Both the position numbers and the translations under genes were made by a program. The notes beneath the pieces were generated by a model. It did not search any database, was not told the DNA's origin, and was given only the letters and a program-made list of their open reading frames with translations. This document shows positions 38,098 through 45,756 of a stretch of DNA of 64,000 nucleotides, in pieces. Each line of letters starts with the position of its first letter. The stretch's first letter is position 1. This stretch comes from Gemmatimonadales bacterium. GTDB taxonomy: Bacteria > Gemmatimonadota > Gemmatimonadetes > Gemmatimonadales > GWC2-71-9. The stretch lies in the NCBI GenBank assembly GCA_035601235.1, contig DATNOR010000186.1, positions 279 to 64,278 on the forward strand, given 5' to 3'.

Positions 38098-38985
38098 ATG
38101 GCCTACACGGTGACCTTCTGGGGAACGCGAGGGTCGATCCCGACCCCTGGGGCCCACACCGCTCGCTACGGCGGCAACACGCCCTGCGTCGCGGTGGAGG
38201 GCACGGGGGGCGGGAGAGGCGACGGCCACGGCCAGCTGGTAATCCTCGACGCCGGCACGGGGATCCGACCGCTGGGGCGCGAGCTGGTGGAGCACCAGAA
38301 CGGCGCGGTGCAGGCGGAGATCCTGCTGTCGCACGCGCACTGGGACCACATCCAGGGTCTCCCGCACTTCAAGCCGTTTTTCGCCCCGGGGAACGCGGTA
38401 CGCATCTGGGGCTCGCGCCAGGGCACGACCTCGCTCGAGGCGATCCTGCGCCAGCAGATGGACCCGGCAGTGTTTCCGGTACCGCTCGATGCGCTGTCGG
38501 CGAAGCTCACGGTCCAGCAGGTCGAGCCGGGGGAGTTCACGGTCGGCTCGTTCCGTGTCCAGGCCATACGGCTGCGCCATCCGGGCACGACGCTCGGCTA
38601 CCGCCTGACCCCGGCCGCAGGGGGCCCGAGCATGGCCTACATCACGGACAACGAGCTGGGCGCGGGGGGCCGCTACAGCACGCCCGCGTCGTGGCGCAAG
38701 GAGTTCGTGGCCTTTCTCGATGGGGTACACCTGTTGATTCACGACGCCATGTACACCCCCGAGGAGCTGGAAGAGCATCGCGGCTGGGGCCATTCGACGT
38801 TCGAAGAAGCGGTCGCCCTGGCCGGCGAAGCGGGGGTGCAGCGCTTGGCCCTGTTCCACCACGAGCCGGAGCACGGCGACGAGGCCATCGATGCGCTGGT
38901 CGCCGCGGCCCGCCGCCAGGCCCGGGTGAAGGGGCTGCCGGCCGAGGTGGTGGCGGCTCAGGAAGGGATGACGTTGACCCTCTGA
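38098..38985 (+). CDS. MBL-fold metallo-hydrolase
   Basis: MAYTVTFWGTRGSIPTPG, LLSHAHWDHIQGLPHF (HxHxDH), HDAMYT, LALFHHEPEH. Confidence 0.8.
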   Translation: MAYTVTFWGTRGSIPTPGAHTARYGGNTPCVAVEGTGGGRGDGHGQLVILDAGTGIRPLGRELVEHQNGAVQAEILLSHAHWDHIQGLPHFKPFFAPGNAVRIWGSRQGTTSLEAILRQQMDPAVFPVPLDALSAKLTVQQVEPGEFTVGSFRVQAIRLRHPGTTLGYRLTPAAGGPSMAYITDNELGAGGRYSTPASWRKEFVAFLDGVHLLIHDAMYTPEELEEHRGWGHSTFEEAVALAGEAGVQRLALFHHEPEHGDEAIDALVAAARRQARVKGLPAEVVAAQEGMTLTL

Positions 38986-39011
38986 CCCATTCTGATTCGG
39001 GAGCTGATCAT

Positions 39012-39716
39012 ATGCGTTCGCTAGGCATCGTCGTGTCGCTCGTGCTGTTGGCGCCCGTGGGAGCGGGGCTCTCCGCCCAGGGACGCGGTCAGGACACGCG
39101 GCCGGGCATCGCCGTCCTGCCGTTCGACAACAGCGGCTCCTACGGCCAGGACAAGGAGAACTTCGAGGCGCTCGAGAAGGGGATCGCCGGCATGATGATT
39201 TCCGAGCTGGCCGCGAACCCTTCGGCCCGGGTGGTGGAGCGCGAGCAGATCGAGAAGCTCATCGCGGAGCAAAACCTGGGCGCCTCGGGCAAGGTGACCC
39301 CGGAGACCGCCGCCAAGGTAGGGAAGCTGGTGGGCGCGCGGTATGTGATCACGGGCGCGTTCATCGATTTCTACGGCGACTTCCGCCTCGACGCGCGGAT
39401 GATCAACGTCGAGACGAGCGAGATCGTCAAGGTCGAATCCGACCGCATGCAGCGGGACCACCTGTTCGACCTGATTCGCAACGTGTCGGGGCGCCTGATG
39501 AAGGACGCCAACCTGCCGCCGCTCCCGAAGCAAGCCTCCGACCAGCGGATGGGCCGCCAGGTGCCGACCGAAGCGCTGACTTTCTACTCCAAAGCGCTGC
39601 TGTATCAGGACCGCGGGCAACGCGACAAGGCCGTCGAGATGTACCAGAAGGCGCTGGCCGTGTTCCCGGAGTACAGCGAAGCGCAGCAGGGGCTGCAGCG
39701 CGTCAAGACCTCGTGA
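39012..39716 (+). CDS. CsgG/LpoB-like periplasmic lipoprotein-fold protein with a C-terminal TPR-like segment
   Basis: Signal peptide. GIAVLPFDNSG...VVEREQIEKLIAEQNLGASGKV...AAKVGKLVGARYVITGAF follows the CsgG-family pattern. Confidence 0.55.
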   Translation: MRSLGIVVSLVLLAPVGAGLSAQGRGQDTRPGIAVLPFDNSGSYGQDKENFEALEKGIAGMMISELAANPSARVVEREQIEKLIAEQNLGASGKVTPETAAKVGKLVGARYVITGAFIDFYGDFRLDARMINVETSEIVKVESDRMQRDHLFDLIRNVSGRLMKDANLPPLPKQASDQRMGRQVPTEALTFYSKALLYQDRGQRDKAVEMYQKALAVFPEYSEAQQGLQRVKTS

Positions 39717-39749
39717 CGGCCGGGTGACCGGGCGCGCGGGCTCCACGCC

Positions 39750-41684
39750 ATGAGGTACTTGCTGCTGCACACCTCCGCGTGGGATCCGACCAGTGTCGGC
39801 CCCGCGCTCGAGCGCGCGCAGATCGAAACGCGCCCGGCGCGTCTGCCGCGGGACCTCGCGGTGGACGAGCGGCCGACCGTCTTCATGCTCGACTCCGAAA
39901 GCCGGTCCACGTTTCCACTCGATGTGTTGCGCGCCTTCGTCGACGCGGGGGGCGCGATCGTGGCCCTGGGCCGCAACGGCGAGGTGGACGTCCCGCCGGA
40001 GATGCCGGCCGAGCTGCTCTCGGGGTTCGTGCGCCAGCCGGTCGGCACCCGGCAGCTGCTGGTGGCGGTGCGGGCGGGGTATCGCGAGGCCGCCGCCCGC
40101 GTGGAGACCGCCCGGGCCCGGGCCGAGGCGGCGAGCCGCAGCCGCGAGATCGGCGAGCTCACCCGCATCGGCGTCGCGCTCGGCACCGAGCGCGACGTGA
40201 AGTCCCTGCTCGACCTCATCCTCACGCAGGCACGCCGCATCACGTCCTCCGACGCGGGCAGCCTCTACCTCGTGGAAACGGGCGATCAGGGTCAGAAGCG
40301 CCTGCGCTTCCGGCTGGCCCAAACCTATTCCAAGCCGGAAGCGCCGTTCATCGAGTTCACGATACCCGTCGACCGCTCGAGCCTCGCAGGCTACGCCGCC
40401 GTGACGGGTGAGCCGCTCGTGATCGACGACGCGTACTTCCTGCCGCCCGACGTGGAGTACAGCATCAACCGCTCGTTCGACGAGCGGTACGGCTACCGCA
40501 CCAAGTCCATGCTGGTCATCCCCATGAAGGATCATAAGGAAGACGTGATCGGGGTGCTGCAGCTGATCAACCGCAAGCGCAACCCCGAAGCGGTGCTCGC
40601 GACGCCCGCGGACGTCGAGGCACAGGTCGTGCCGTACTCGAAGCGCACGGTGGAGCTGGTCACCGCGCTCGCCGGCCAGGCGGCGGTCGCCATCGAAAAC
40701 AGCCGCCTGTACGAGGAGATCGAGCGCCTGTTCGAGGGGTTCGTGAAGGCGGCCGTGCACGCGATCGAGCAGCGCGATCCGACCACCTTCGGCCACTCGG
40801 GGCGGGTCGCCAACATGACCGTGGGCCTCGCCGTCGTGGTGGACCGCGCCGGCGACGGCGCCTACCAGGGTGTGCGTTTCACGCGCGAGCAGATCCGCGA
40901 GCTCCGCTACGCCGGACTGCTGCACGACTTCGGGAAGGTGGGCGTACGCGAGCAGGTGCTCGTCAAAGCGAAGAAGCTGTATCCGCTGCAGCTGGAGCTC
41001 ATTCGGCAGCGCCACGACTTCGTGCGGCGCACGGCGGAGCGGGAGTTCTGGCGCCGACGCGCCGAGTTTCTCGAGGCGCACGGACGCCAGGGGTACGAAG
41101 AGTTTCTCACGCGGCTCGCGGCCGAGCACGCCGGCGAGATCGAAACGCTGGACCGCTTTCTGAACGCCGTGCTGCGGGCGAACGAGCCGACGGTCCTGCC
41201 GGCGGAGCGGTTCGAGGAGCTGCTCTCCGTGGCCCGCTGCACCTATGAGGATCTGTCCGGCGAGCTGCGCCCCTACCTGAGCGACGAGGAGATGCGCTAC
41301 CTCACGATTCCCAAAGGGTCGCTCGACGAGAGCGAGCGGCTGGAGATCGAGAGCCACGTCACCAACACCTACCGCTTCCTGCAGCAAATCCCCTGGACCC
41401 GCGAGCTGCAGCACGTGCCCCTGATCGCGTACGGGCACCACGAAAAGCTCGACGGCGGAGGCTATCCCCGCCGTGTGACGGGTGAGGCGATCCCGATTCA
41501 GACCCGCATGATGACGATCAGCGACATCTACGACGCGCTCACCGCCGCCGACCGCCCCTACAAGTCCGCGGTGGCGCCCGCGCGGGCGCTCGACATCATG
41601 GTCGAGGAGGTGCGCGCCGGCCAGCTCGACCAGGAACTGTTCCGGCTGTTCGTGGATGCCAAGGTGTTCGAGGCGAACACCTAG
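39750..41684 (+). CDS. HD-GYP phosphodiesterase with a receiver-like N-terminus and a GAF domain
   Basis: GLLHDFGKVGV (HD) and HHEKLDGGGYPRR (GYP). GAF-like block SDAGSLYLVE...SMLVIPM...VIGVLQLINRK. Confidence 0.85.
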   Translation: MRYLLLHTSAWDPTSVGPALERAQIETRPARLPRDLAVDERPTVFMLDSESRSTFPLDVLRAFVDAGGAIVALGRNGEVDVPPEMPAELLSGFVRQPVGTRQLLVAVRAGYREAAARVETARARAEAASRSREIGELTRIGVALGTERDVKSLLDLILTQARRITSSDAGSLYLVETGDQGQKRLRFRLAQTYSKPEAPFIEFTIPVDRSSLAGYAAVTGEPLVIDDAYFLPPDVEYSINRSFDERYGYRTKSMLVIPMKDHKEDVIGVLQLINRKRNPEAVLATPADVEAQVVPYSKRTVELVTALAGQAAVAIENSRLYEEIERLFEGFVKAAVHAIEQRDPTTFGHSGRVANMTVGLAVVVDRAGDGAYQGVRFTREQIRELRYAGLLHDFGKVGVREQVLVKAKKLYPLQLELIRQRHDFVRRTAEREFWRRRAEFLEAHGRQGYEEFLTRLAAEHAGEIETLDRFLNAVLRANEPTVLPAERFEELLSVARCTYEDLSGELRPYLSDEEMRYLTIPKGSLDESERLEIESHVTNTYRFLQQIPWTRELQHVPLIAYGHHEKLDGGGYPRRVTGEAIPIQTRMMTISDIYDALTAADRPYKSAVAPARALDIMVEEVRAGQLDQELFRLFVDAKVFEANT

Positions 41685-42037
41685 CGAATCAGCAGCCGGA
41701 CCGCCACGATCATCAGGAACACGCCGAACGCCCGCTGCAGCGTGGCGTCGGACAGCCTCCCCGCCAGGGTGGCGCCGAGCAGGGCGCCGACGAACAGCCC
41801 CACCGCAATGACGCCCGCGTACGGGACGTTCACCTGGCCGCGTCGGTAGTACTCCCACGCCCCGAGCAAGCCGACGGGGAGTAGCAGCGCCGCGAGCGAC
41901 GTGCCGTTCGCGGTGTGCTGGGGCAGCTTGGCGACGAGCACCAGCCCCGGGATGATCACGATCGCTCCGCCCACGCCGAACAGGCCCGACACCACACCGG
42001 CCACGAGACCGATCAGCGCCACGAGCACCCACATCAT
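41681..42037 (-). CDS. half-size TSUP (TauE/SafE) family membrane protein
   Basis: 118 aa with about 4 TM segments. GLFGVGGAIVIIP motif. ATGA overlap with the hyuB stop. Confidence 0.7.
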   Translation of the reverse strand: MMWVLVALIGLVAGVVSGLFGVGGAIVIIPGLVLVAKLPQHTANGTSLAALLLPVGLLGAWEYYRRGQVNVPYAGVIAVGLFVGALLGATLAGRLSDATLQRAFGVFLMIVAVRLLIR

Positions 42038-43587
42038 CGCTCGCCTCCTGGTTCAGGTTGTCCCCATCCGCCCCCGCCCGGTGTCTCGATGCGGACCACG
42101 TCGCCGGCCGCGAGTCGTGTGCTCACCTTGGACGGGAGCGGGGCCCCGTTCACGAGCGTACGCCCGGGAGCGCCCGCGCCGCCGCCACCGACTCCGCACG
42201 GGGCGTGGCGCCGCCGCTCCGCGAGAACGCTCGCGTCCATCGGGGCGAGCGCTTCGAATTCCCGAATCACGCCGTCCCCGCCCGACCACCGCCCAACCCC
42301 GCCGCTGCCCCGTCGTAAGCCGTACGCCTTGAGCCGCAAGGGATACTCCATCTCGAGCACCTCGACCGGCGTGTTCCGCGTGTTCGACATCCCCACGTGC
42401 ACGCCCGACGGTCCGTGAGCGCCGGAGCTCGCCCCCTGGCCACCCCCGATCGTCTCATAGTAGGTCCAGCCGGTTTCGAGCCCCGAGTCCCGAACCCCGA
42501 GTCCCCCGAACGTCACGTTGTTCATTGTGCCCTGCCCCTGCGCCGGGACCGGGAGACTGCCGGTCGCGAGCGCCCGGAACACCGTGTCCGCGATGCGCTG
42601 CGACGTCTCGACGTTCCCCGCCGCCACGGCACTGGGGAAGCGGGCATGCACGAGGCAGCCCTCGGGCGCCGTGACCCGCACGACCCGGGTCACGCCGCCG
42701 TTCGTCGGCACGTCCTCAGGCAACAGCGTGCGCACCACGAACAGCACCGCCGAGCGCGCCACGGCGAGCGGGCAGTTGACGTTGCCGTGCGCGGCAGGGG
42801 CGGTGCCGGTGAAATCCGCGTGGAACATGCCGTCCCGGATGTCCACGCGGACGCGAATCGCCAGGTCTCGGTCGTCGACGCCGTCGCCTTCCAGCCAGTC
42901 GGTCGCGGTGAGCCCGGTCGCCTCGAAGCGTGCCAGGGCCTCGCGGGCGCGCCGCTCGGCGTACGCCTGGAGGTCGCGGGCGGCGTCGCACAGCGCGGCC
43001 CAGCCGTGGCGCGCCGCGAGCGCCCGTAGCCCGTCGGCGCCGCGCTCCACGGCGGCGCGCTGGGCCGCGAGATCGGCGCGGCGCGCCTCGGGGGTGCGGA
43101 CGTTCGCGAGCAGGAAGCGCTCGACCTCCGGCGTGAGCCGCAGCGGCGGCACCACCACCCCCTCCGCAAAGATCTCGCGCGCGCCCGCGGGCATGCTCCC
43201 CGCCTGCATCCCGCCCACGTCGGAATGGTGCGCGCGCACCACGCCATAGCCGCCCACCGCGCCCTCCACCTCCACGGCACCGACGAGCGTGATGTCCGGG
43301 AGGTGCGACCCGCCGGCGTAGGGATCGTTCAAGATGAAGACGTCGCCTGGCGCGGGGGCCAGGGCCCGCACGGCCGCGACGGACTCATGCAGCGCGCCCA
43401 GATGTACGGGAATGTGGGCCGCCTGAGCGATCATCTCGCCGGCGGCGTCGAACAGCGCCGCGGAGCAGTCACGTCGCTCCCGGATGTTGGGGGAGACGGC
43501 CGAGTGAATCAGCACGAGCCCCATCTCCTCCGCGATGGAGGCGAAGGCATGCCCCATCACCTCGAGGCCCACCGCGTCGAGGCTCAT
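42034..43587 (-). CDS. hyuB: hydantoinase B / oxoprolinase family protein
   Basis: ATG 43587 overlaps the hyuA stop (ATGA). SPNIRERRDCSAALFD, ILNDPYAGGSHLPD, YYETIGGGQGA. Confidence 0.9.
   Translation of the reverse strand: MSLDAVGLEVMGHAFASIAEEMGLVLIHSAVSPNIRERRDCSAALFDAAGEMIAQAAHIPVHLGALHESVAAVRALAPAPGDVFILNDPYAGGSHLPDITLVGAVEVEGAVGGYGVVRAHHSDVGGMQAGSMPAGAREIFAEGVVVPPLRLTPEVERFLLANVRTPEARRADLAAQRAAVERGADGLRALAARHGWAALCDAARDLQAYAERRAREALARFEATGLTATDWLEGDGVDDRDLAIRVRVDIRDGMFHADFTGTAPAAHGNVNCPLAVARSAVLFVVRTLLPEDVPTNGGVTRVVRVTAPEGCLVHARFPSAVAAGNVETSQRIADTVFRALATGSLPVPAQGQGTMNNVTFGGLGVRDSGLETGWTYYETIGGGQGASSGAHGPSGVHVGMSNTRNTPVEVLEMEYPLRLKAYGLRRGSGGVGRWSGGDGVIREFEALAPMDASVLAERRRHAPCGVGGGGAGAPGRTLVNGAPLPSKVSTRLAAGDVVRIETPGGGGWGQPEPGGER
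42477..42510. repeat. heptamer array CGAGCCC CGAGTCC CGAACCC CGAGTCC, inside hyuB
   Basis: Read directly. The coding strand is G-rich (GGACTCG/GGGTTCG units) and encodes GGLGVRDSGLETG between the conserved FGG and YYET blocks. Confidence 0.7.
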
Positions 43588-45608
43588 GTGCGCGCCAGCA
43601 GCACCGCGCCCGAGGGGTGCACGGTGCCACACCAGCCGGGCTCCACGAGGGCGGTCGCGTCGCCGCCGGCCAGGATCGCCGGACCCTGCAGCGTCACTCC
43701 CGTGGCGAGCTGGTCGAGCGCCCACACCGAGCCGGTGATCCGCTCCCCACGCACGACGAAAGGACGCCGTCCCAGCGGGCGTCGCCCACTGCGGTGTTCG
43801 CCCGCGAAGCGCGGCAGCGGTCCCTCGCGCAGCACCACGACGCGCAGGTTCACAATCTCGACCGCCAGGCCGCCCCCGTGTCCGTAGCGCGCGCGGTGTG
43901 CCGCCACGAAGGCGGCACGAATCCGCTCGGGCTCGTCTCCTTCGACCGGGACCGTCACCTCGTAGCCCTGTCCCGCGAAGCGACAGTCAGCATAACGGAG
44001 CAGCGCCGCGCCGGGGATCTGGCGAGCACCCTCCGCGACGATCGGTGCGAAGGCTTGGGCCAGCGCCCGCGGCTCGAGGCCGTCCACGGGACGGTGAAAC
44101 GATGCGAGCAGATCGGCCCGCTCGGGCGCCGACGCGAGCCCCAGCGCGGACAGCGCTCCGGGATGCGGCGGGATGACGATCGTGCCCATCCCCAGCGCTT
44201 CGGCCAGCTGGCAGCCGAACAGCGCCCCCGCGCCCCCGAACGGCAACAGCGTCATGCGGCGCGGGTCGAGGCCACGCGCGACGCTCACCCGCTTCAGGGC
44301 GCGCGCCATCACGGCACCGGCGACCGCGACGACTCCAGCGGCGACCCGTGCGGCGTCGCTCCCGACCGTGGGGCCGAGCCGGCGCAGGGCCCGCTCGGCG
44401 GCGCGAGGGTCGAGCCGCACGCCGTCGGCGAGCGGGCTGTCCGCGTCGAGCCATCCCAGCGCGACACAGGCATCGGTCACGGTGGGTCGCTCGCCGCCGC
44501 GCCCGTAGCACGCCGGCCCCGGCACCGCTCCGGCGCTCTCCGGCCCGACGCGCAGGGCGCCACCCTCGTCCAGGCGCGCGATGCTGCCGCCGCCCGCGCT
44601 CACGGTCTCGATCAGCACCGCCGGCAAGGCGAGCGGGACGCCGCCGACGCTGCCCGCACCGTTGGCGAGCGGAGCACCCCCGACCACGAGGCTCGCGTCG
44701 GCGCTCGTGCCGCCCATGTCCAGGGTGAGCAGATCCGAGAGGCCCACGGCGGCGCCGATCAGACGGGCCCCGACCACACCACCCGCGGGGCCCGAGAGCG
44801 CGAGCGATGCCGCGTGCGCGGCGGCGGCGGCGGGCGTGCGCGTGCCCCCGCTCGACGTCATCACCCGCAGCGCGCCGATCGCGCGCTCGCGCAGGCCGCC
44901 GTCCAGCCGCTCGATGTAGGTCGAGACCCTGGGACGGAGGTATGCTTCGACGGTGGTCGTGCTGGTGCGCTCGAACTCACGAAACGCGGGGAGCACCTCG
45001 TGGCTCGCCGCGACCGCCACGCGCGGCAGCGCGTCGCGCAGGGCGGCGGCGAGCCGCCGCTCGTGCGTCGGGTCGCGAAACGCGAACAGCAGCGCGATGG
45101 CGACGGCTTCCGGGGCGAGCCCCCGCACAGCGGCGACCACGCGCGCGACCTCCCCCTCCGTGAGCGGCTCGAGCACCCCGGCTGGGCCGATGCGCTCCGC
45201 GACCCCCACCACGTCTCCCCGGGCGACGAGCGGTGGCGGGTGGTCGCGCGCCAGGTCGTAGAGCGCGGCGCGGTCCTGCCGGCGCAGCCACAGCAAGTCC
45301 TCGAATCCCCGGGTGGTGACGAGCACCACGCGGGCGCCGCGCCGCTCGAGCAGCACGTTGGTCGCGATGGTTGTACCGTGGATCAGCATGTCTATGGGGA
45401 CGGGGGACGAGGGAAGAGGGACGGGTGGGGATGTCGCCGCACTCGTCCCCCGTCCCTCGTCCCTCGTCTCCAGCGTATCTAGCGCCCGAAACATCCCGAC
45501 CGCCGGGTCCTCCGGCGTAGTGGCGACCTTACGGACCTCGATCGCGCCGTCGGGCGTGAGCGCGACCAGGTCGGTGAACGTTCCCCCCACATCCACCCCG
45601 ACCCTCAC
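43584..45608 (-). CDS. hyuA: hydantoinase A / oxoprolinase family protein
   Basis: GTG 45608 gives VRVGVDVGGTFTDLV. HGTTIATNVLLERRG. Contains the hairpin insertion 45396..45471. Confidence 0.9.
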   Translation of the reverse strand: MRVGVDVGGTFTDLVALTPDGAIEVRKVATTPEDPAVGMFRALDTLETRDEGRGTSAATSPPVPLPSSPVPIDMLIHGTTIATNVLLERRGARVVLVTTRGFEDLLWLRRQDRAALYDLARDHPPPLVARGDVVGVAERIGPAGVLEPLTEGEVARVVAAVRGLAPEAVAIALLFAFRDPTHERRLAAALRDALPRVAVAASHEVLPAFREFERTSTTTVEAYLRPRVSTYIERLDGGLRERAIGALRVMTSSGGTRTPAAAAAHAASLALSGPAGGVVGARLIGAAVGLSDLLTLDMGGTSADASLVVGGAPLANGAGSVGGVPLALPAVLIETVSAGGGSIARLDEGGALRVGPESAGAVPGPACYGRGGERPTVTDACVALGWLDADSPLADGVRLDPRAAERALRRLGPTVGSDAARVAAGVVAVAGAVMARALKRVSVARGLDPRRMTLLPFGGAGALFGCQLAEALGMGTIVIPPHPGALSALGLASAPERADLLASFHRPVDGLEPRALAQAFAPIVAEGARQIPGAALLRYADCRFAGQGYEVTVPVEGDEPERIRAAFVAAHRARYGHGGGLAVEIVNLRVVVLREGPLPRFAGEHRSGRRPLGRRPFVVRGERITGSVWALDQLATGVTLQGPAILAGGDATALVEPGWCGTVHPSGAVLLART
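45396..45471. repeat. heptamer hairpin (GGGGACG-type arms) inserted in frame in hyuA
   Basis: Left arm GGGGACG GGGGACG AGGGAAG AGGGACG, ~15-nt loop, right arm CTCGTCC CCCGTCC CTCGTCC CTCGTCT. Encodes roughly ETRDEGRGTSAATSPPVPLPSSPVP. Confidence 0.8.
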
Positions 45609-45634
45609 CGCTCCACCACCCCCCTCCCCGCTCC

Positions 45635-45753
45635 AACGCCGAACGCGGAAGGCGGAACGCGGAACAGAGCGTACCCAGTTCGTTCGCCCAACCTCGTGTC
45701 CGGGATCGAACTCCGCGCGATCTGTTCCGCATTCCGCGTTCCGCGTTCCGCGT
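45635..45753. repeat. heptamer-armed palindromic element, copy B (~120 bp)
   Basis: AACGCCG AACGCGG AAGGCGG AACGCGG ... TTCCGCA TTCCGCG TTCCGCG TTCCGCG. Its reverse complement aligns with copy A over both arms and the arm-proximal core. Lies between the lnt stop (45757) and the hyuA start (45608). Confidence 0.8.
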
Positions 45754-45756
45754 TTC

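Noticed and set aside
45690-45720. tRNA T-arm-like string GAGTTCGATCCCGG in the core of repeat copy B (minus strand)
   Set aside because: The flanking bases do not form the 5-bp T stem in any register I tried, and there is no acceptor or anticodon arm. Not a tRNA or tRNA remnant that I can support.
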